Virus record (IMG/VR): IMGVR_UViG_2529292736_000006
Source: a virus
Lineage: Duplodnaviria; Heunggongvirae; Uroviricota; Caudoviricetes
DNA length: 9,636 nucleotides
Strand: one strand, 5' to 3'
Shown here: positions 6,313 to 9,636 of the stretch, in pieces
Layout: each line of letters begins with the position of its first letter
Numbering within the stretch: position 1 is the first letter of the stretch
Position numbers and translations under genes: made by a program
The notes under the pieces: model-generated
What the model saw: the letters and a program-made list of their open reading frames with translations, nothing else
Told to the model about the DNA's origin: nothing
Databases searched by the model: none

Positions 6313-6564
6313 TCACGCTGCTCGTTGAGTTTTGATTTTTGCTGTCTCCAGCTCAACACGCAGTTTCCTCACCGTTAGCGCAATATCCTCGTTCTCCTGG
6401 TCGCGGCGTTTGATGTACTGCTGGTTTCTTTCCCGTTCATCCAGCAGTGTCAGCACAATCGATGGTGTTACCAGCTCATGGAAAAGGTCCGCGTCAAATC
6501 CCCAGTTGTCATGCATTGCCTGCTCTGCCGCTTCACGCAGTGCCTGAGAGTGAATTACGCTCAC
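6313..6564 (-). CDS. Ea22-like N-terminal segment (83 aa as a conventional ORF; coiled-coil-like)
   Basis: ORF MSVIHSQALREAAEQAMHDNWGFDADLFHELVTPSIVLTLLDERERNQQYIKRRDQENEDIALTVRKLRVELETAKIKTQRAA. Its start overlaps the upstream TraR-like gene stop by 4 nt (ATGA). Its position relative to exo, orf60a and orf63 matches where I recall lambda ea22 starting. Confidence 0.6.
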   Translation of the reverse strand: MSVIHSQALREAAEQAMHDNWGFDADLFHELVTPSIVLTLLDERERNQQYIKRRDQENEDIALTVRKLRVELETAKIKTQRAA

Positions 6565-6782
6565 TTCGAACCTCTCTGTTTACTGATAAGTTCCAGATCC
6601 TCCTGGCAACTTGCACAAGTCCGACAACCCTGAACGGCCAGGCGTCTTCGTTCATCTATCGGATCGCCACACTCACAACAATGAGTGGCAGATATAGCCT
6701 GGTGGTTCAGGCGGCGCATTTTTATTGCTGTGTTGCGCTGTAATTCTTCAATTTCTGATGCTGAATCAATGATGTCTGCCAT
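6561..6782 (-). CDS. TraR/DksA-family C4 zinc-finger protein (73 aa)
   Basis: MADIIDSASEIEELQRNTAIKMRRLNHQAISATHCCECGDPIDERRRLAVQGCRTCASCQEDLELISKQRGSK. A CxxC...(17)...CxxC motif with a preceding helical segment is typical of phage and plasmid TraR-like proteins. Confidence 0.8.
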   Translation of the reverse strand: MADIIDSASEIEELQRNTAIKMRRLNHQAISATHCCECGDPIDERRRLAVQGCRTCASCQEDLELISKQRGSK

Positions 6783-6830
6783 CTTTCATTAATCCCTGAA
6801 TTGTTGGTTAATACGCTTGAGGGTGAATGC

Positions 6831-6858
6831 GAATAATAAAAAAGGAGCCTGTAGCTCC
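6831..6858 (-). terminator. Weak candidate intrinsic terminator after the 93-aa ORF
   Basis: On the minus-strand transcript: 5-bp stem GGAGC/GCTCC (plus-strand 6844-6848 and 6854-6858), 5-nt loop, then UUUUUUAUUAUU. The stem is short. Confidence 0.3.
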
Positions 6859-6880
6859 CTGATGATTTTGCTTTTCATGT

Positions 6881-7162
6881 TCACCGTTCCTTAAAAACGC
6901 CGTTTAACATGCCGATTGCTAGGCTTAAATGAGTCGGTGTGAATCCCATCAGCGTTACCGTTTCGCGGTGCTTCTTCAGTACGCTACGGCAAATGTCATC
7001 GACGTTTTTATCCGGAAACTGCTGTCTGGCTTTTTTGATTTCAGAATTAGCCTGACGGGCAATGCTGCGAAGGGCGTTTTCCTGCTGAGGTGTCACTGAA
7101 CAAGCCCCATGTCGGCAAGCATAAGCACACAGAATATGAAGCCCGCTGCCAGAAAAATGCAT
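6881..7162 (-). CDS. Hypothetical 93-aa protein in the orf61 / ea22-orf63 interval
   Basis: ORF MHFSGSGLHILCAYACRHGACSVTPQQENALRSIARQANSEIKKARQQFPDKNVDDICRSVLKKHRETVTLMGFTPTHLSLAIGMLNGVFKER. It is the only long frame here. Its relationship to lambda orf61 could not be settled from memory. Confidence 0.55.
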   Translation of the reverse strand: MHFSGSGLHILCAYACRHGACSVTPQQENALRSIARQANSEIKKARQQFPDKNVDDICRSVLKKHRETVTLMGFTPTHLSLAIGMLNGVFKER

Positions 7163-7172
7163 TCAGTGGTTG

Positions 7173-7364
7173 TCATACCTGGTCTCTCTCATCTGCTTCT
7201 GCTTTCGCCACCATCATTTCCAGTTTTTGTGAAAGGGATGTGGCTAACGTATGAAATTCTTCGTCTGTTTCTACTGGTATTGGCACAAACCTGATTCCAA
7301 TTTGAGCAAGGCTATGTGCCATCTCGATACTCGTTCTTAACTCAACAGGAGATGCTTTGTGCAT
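7173..7364 (-). CDS. orf63: Lambda orf63-like protein (63 aa)
   Basis: [63 protein letters not shown]. Sequence and position (overlapping orf60a and lying upstream of exo) match my recollection of lambda orf63. Confidence 0.8.
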   Translation of the reverse strand: MHKASPVELRTSIEMAHSLAQIGIRFVPIPVETDEEFHTLATSLSQKLEMMVAKAEADERDQV

Positions 7365-7519
7365 ACAGCCCCTCGTTTATTATTTATCTCCTCAGCCAGC
7401 CGCTGTGCTTTCAGTGGATTTCGGATAACAGAAAGGCCGGGAAATACCCAGCCTCGCTTTGTAACGGAGTAGACGAAAGTGATTGCGCCTACCCGGATAT
7501 TATCGTGAGGATGCGTCAT
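7337..7519 (-). CDS. orf60a: Lambda orf60a-like protein (60 aa)
   Basis: [60 protein letters not shown]. The ATG at 7519 overlaps the exo stop as ATGA, suggesting translational coupling. The track's 62-aa version uses an ATG two codons upstream. Confidence 0.8.
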   Translation of the reverse strand: MTHPHDNIRVGAITFVYSVTKRGWVFPGLSVIRNPLKAQRLAEEINNKRGAVCTKHLLLS

Positions 7520-8196
7520 CGCCATTGCTCCCCAAATACAAAACCAATTTCAGCCAGTGCCTCGTCCATTTTTTCGATGAACTCCGGCACCATCTCGTCA
7601 AAACTCGCCATGTACTTTTCATCCCGCTCAACCACGACATAATGCAGTCCTTCACGCTTCATACGCGGGTCATAGTTGGCAAAGTACCAGGCATCTTTAC
7701 GTGTCACCCACATGCTGTACTGCACCTGGGCCATGTAAGCCGACTTTATGGCCTCGAAACCACCGAGCCGGAACTTCATGAAATCCCGGGAGGTAAACGG
7801 GCATTTCAGCTCAAGGCCATTGCCGTCACTGCATAAACCATCGGGAGAGCAGGCGGTGCGCATACTTTCGTCGCGATAGATGATCGGGGATTCAGTAACA
7901 TTCACGCCGGAAGTGAATTCAAACAGGGTTCTGGCGTCGTTCTCGTACTGTTTTCCCCAGGCCAGCGCCTTAGCATTAACTTCCGGAGCCACACCGGTGC
8001 AAACCTCAGCCAGCAGGGTGTGGAAGTAGGACATTTTCATGTCAGGCCACTTCTTTCCTGAGCGGGGCTTTGCTATCACGTTGTGAACTTCTGAAGCGGT
8101 GATGACGCCGAGCCGTAATTTGTGCCATGCATCATCCCCCTGTTCGACAGCTCTCACGTCGATCCCGGTACGCTGCAGGATAATGTCCGGTGTCAT
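7516..8196 (-). CDS. exo: Lambda exonuclease (Red alpha, 226 aa)
   Basis: 226-aa [65 protein letters not shown]...GFVFGEQWR, recognised as lambda Exo. The start overlaps the bet stop by 4 nt. Confidence 0.97.
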   Translation of the reverse strand: MTPDIILQRTGIDVRAVEQGDDAWHKLRLGVITASEVHNVIAKPRSGKKWPDMKMSYFHTLLAEVCTGVAPEVNAKALAWGKQYENDARTLFEFTSGVNVTESPIIYRDESMRTACSPDGLCSDGNGLELKCPFTSRDFMKFRLGGFEAIKSAYMAQVQYSMWVTRKDAWYFANYDPRMKREGLHYVVVERDEKYMASFDEMVPEFIEKMDEALAEIGFVFGEQWR

Positions 8197-8978
8197 GCTG
8201 CCACCTTCTGCTCAGTGGCTTTCTGTTTCAGGAATCCGAGAGCTTTCACTGCTTCGACCTGTGTCAGTTCTGACGATGCGCGAATGTCGCGGCGAAATAT
8301 CTGGGAACAGAGCGGCAATAAGTCGTCATCCCATGTTTTATCCAGGGCAATCAGCAGAGTGTTAATCTCCTGCATGGTTTCATCGTTAACCGGAGTGATG
8401 TCGCGTTCCGGCTGACGTTCTGCAGTGTATGCGGTATTTTCGACAATGCGCTCGGCTTCATCCTTGTCATAGATACCAGCAAATCCGAAGGCCAGACGGG
8501 CACACTGAATCATGGCTTTATGACGTAACATCCGTTTGGGATGCGACTGCCACGGCCCCGTGATTTCTCTGCCTTCGCGGGTTTTGAATGGTTCGCGGCG
8601 GCATTCATCCATCCACTCGGTAACGCAGATCGGATGATTACGGTCCTTGCGGTAAATCCGGCATGTGCAGGATTCATTGTCCTGCTCAAAGTCCATGCCA
8701 TCAAACTGCTGGTTTTCATTGATGATACGGGACCAGCCATCAACGCCCACCACCGGAACGATGCCGTTCTGCTTGTCAGGGAAGGCGTAAATTTCTTTCG
8801 TCCACGGATTAAGGCCGTACTGGTTGGCGACGATCAACAATGCGATGAACTGCGCATCGCTGGCATCGCCTTTAAATGCCGTCTGGCGAAGAGTGGTGAT
8901 CAGTTCCTGTGGGTCGACAGAATCCATGCCGACACGTTCAGCCAGCTTCCCAGCCAGCGTTGCGAGTGCTGTACTCAT
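8193..8978 (-). CDS. bet: Lambda Beta recombinase (Red beta, single-strand annealing protein, 261 aa)
   Basis: 261-aa [69 protein letters not shown]..., recognised as lambda Bet. Confidence 0.97.
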   Translation of the reverse strand: MSTALATLAGKLAERVGMDSVDPQELITTLRQTAFKGDASDAQFIALLIVANQYGLNPWTKEIYAFPDKQNGIVPVVGVDGWSRIINENQQFDGMDFEQDNESCTCRIYRKDRNHPICVTEWMDECRREPFKTREGREITGPWQSHPKRMLRHKAMIQCARLAFGFAGIYDKDEAERIVENTAYTAERQPERDITPVNDETMQEINTLLIALDKTWDDDLLPLCSQIFRRDIRASSELTQVEAVKALGFLKQKATEQKVAA

Positions 8979-8983
8979 CCGTT

Positions 8984-9280
8984 TTATACCTCTGAATCAA
9001 TATCAACCTGATGGTGAGCAATGGTTTCAACCATGTACCGGATGTGTTCTGCCATGCGCTCCTGAAACTCAACATCGTCATCAAACGCACGGGTAATGGC
9101 TTTTTTGCTGGCCCCGTGGCGTTGCAAATGATCGATGCATAGCGATTCAAACAGGTGCTGGGGCAGGCCTTTTTCCATGTCGTCTGCCAGTTCTGCCTCT
9201 TTCTCTTCACGGGCGATCTGCTGGTAGTGACGCGCCCAGCTCTGAGCCTCAAGACGATCCTGAATGTAATAAGCGTTCAT
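8984..9280 (-). CDS. gam: Gam (RecBCD inhibitor), N-terminally truncated to the 98-aa GamS-equivalent by an IS insertion
   Basis: From ATG at 9280 the frame reads [60 protein letters not shown]...VDIDSEV, which matches lambda Gam from Met-41 onward. Sequence upstream of 9280 is not lambda-like and belongs to the IS21-family end. The track's 131-aa ORF (GTG start at 9379) is a read-in fusion with IS sequence. Confidence 0.85.
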   Translation of the reverse strand: MNAYYIQDRLEAQSWARHYQQIAREEKEAELADDMEKGLPQHLFESLCIDHLQRHGASKKAITRAFDDDVEFQERMAEHIRYMVETIAHHQVDIDSEV

Positions 9281-9636
9281 TGTCAGCGCCAATGATATAA
9301 GACAGTAATTCACCATTTGGATTGTCCGCTCCACCCAACATGTTGTTTCCTTAAGGTTCCTACACCACAAAGGGAACACTCATGCTGAGCAGAGAGGATT
9401 TTTACATGATAAAGCAAATGCGCCAGCAAGGTGCGTATATTGTTGATATTGCCACTCAGGTTGGTTGCTCTGAGCGGACCGTCAGACGGTACCTGAAATA
9501 CCCGGAACCTCCGGCCAGAAAAACACGCCACAAAATGGCCAAACTCAAGCCGTTCATGGACTATATAGATATGCGTCTGGCTGAGAACGTCTGGAACGGC
9601 GAGGTCATCCTGGCGGAAATCAAAGCGATGGGTTAT
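9281..9636 (+). mobile_element. IS21-family insertion sequence, left end (partial; continues beyond the window)
   Basis: Lambda gam homology stops abruptly at 9280/9281. The new sequence begins TGTCAGCGCC... with internally repeated TGTC/GACA motifs, and istA starts about 100 bp in, as is typical for IS21-family left ends. Confidence 0.8.
9382..9636 (+). CDS. istA: IS21-family transposase IstA, N-terminal 85 codons (helix-turn-helix region); truncated by the window end
   Basis: MLSREDFYMIKQMRQQGAYIVDIATQVGCSERTVRRYLKYPEPPARKTRHKMAKLKPFMDYIDMRLAENVWNGEVILAEIKAMGY; open to the last base of the window. Recognised as the IstA N-terminus of IS21-like elements. Confidence 0.85.
   Translation, partial: MLSREDFYMIKQMRQQGAYIVDIATQVGCSERTVRRYLKYPEPPARKTRHKMAKLKPFMDYIDMRLAENVWNGEVILAEIKAMGY

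Larger units (their letters stand above)
1331..9636. mobile_element. Lambda-like prophage, left end (attL through red/gam region); continues beyond the window
   Basis: Contiguous attL, int, xis, exo, bet and gam with lambda gene order, spacing and 4-nt overlaps; see the individual features. Confidence 0.9.

Noticed and set aside
4749-6378. Track ORFs 4749-4940(+), 5209-5547(+), 5319-5579(-), 5673-5873(+), 5743-5943(+), 6019-6378(+)
   Set aside because: All lie inside or across IS2 in frames other than orfA/orfB; 6019-6378 crosses the IS2 terminus into the Ea22-like region on the wrong strand.
6332-6743. Plus-strand ORFs 6332-6547 and 6447-6743
   Set aside because: Antisense to the Ea22-like and TraR-like genes; Ser-rich shadow frames.
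7163-7192. A third in-frame TGA: ATG at 7192, nine codons, TGA at 7163-7165, then the 93-aa ORF in the same frame
   Set aside because: The upstream segment is only 9 codons and lies within the orf63 3' end, so it is most likely chance and not evidence of recoding. I also could not match the lambda orf61 annotation here from memory, so the 93-aa ORF is called as is.
7109-7836. Plus-strand ORFs 7109-7294, 7316-7642, 7483-7836
   Set aside because: Antisense to orf63, orf60a and exo.
8099-9252. Track ORFs 8099-8365(+), 8122-8415(+), 8510-8743(-), 8541-9011(+), 8824-9096(+), 8938-9252(-)
   Set aside because: Alternative-frame or antisense ORFs nested in bet and gam, which are securely identified.
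8984-9379. 131-aa version of gam starting at GTG 9379
   Set aside because: The first 33 codons are read-in from IS21-family terminal sequence and do not match lambda Gam. The ATG at 9280 (GamS-equivalent) is the supportable start.
9310-9531. Minus-strand 73-aa ORF
   Set aside because: Lies antisense across the IS21-family end and istA start; not supported.
1-9636. CRISPR arrays, tRNA or rRNA genes
   Set aside because: No regularly spaced direct repeats and no tRNA-like cloverleaf candidates were seen. The lambda attB site is not a tRNA gene.

Overview
This window is the left junction and pL-side early region of a lambda-like prophage integrated at the canonical E. coli attB-lambda site next to ybhC. 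All phage genes are on the minus strand. Order: ybhC | attL (core GCTTTTTTATACTAA plus P' arm) | int | xis | orf55-like | 142-aa AT-rich accessory gene | Ea8.5-like ORF with an in-frame TGA | ~290-bp non-coding spacer with a strong hairpin terminator | 204-aa secreted Cys-rich accessory gene | complete IS2 (1331 bp, 5-bp target duplication CCAAA) | Ea22-like ORF with in-frame stops | TraR/DksA-like zinc-finger protein | 93-aa ORF | orf63 | orf60a | exo | bet | gam cut down to the GamS-equivalent by an IS21-family element whose istA runs off the window end. The interval between xis and the ea22-like gene is where I would look for an undescribed system: it holds two AT-rich accessory genes of unknown function that I do not recall in lambda at this position. 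No function could be assigned to them from sequence alone. No tRNA, rRNA or CRISPR array was seen. All identifications rest on reading the translations and motifs by eye and on memory of lambda and IS sequences; no database search was run.
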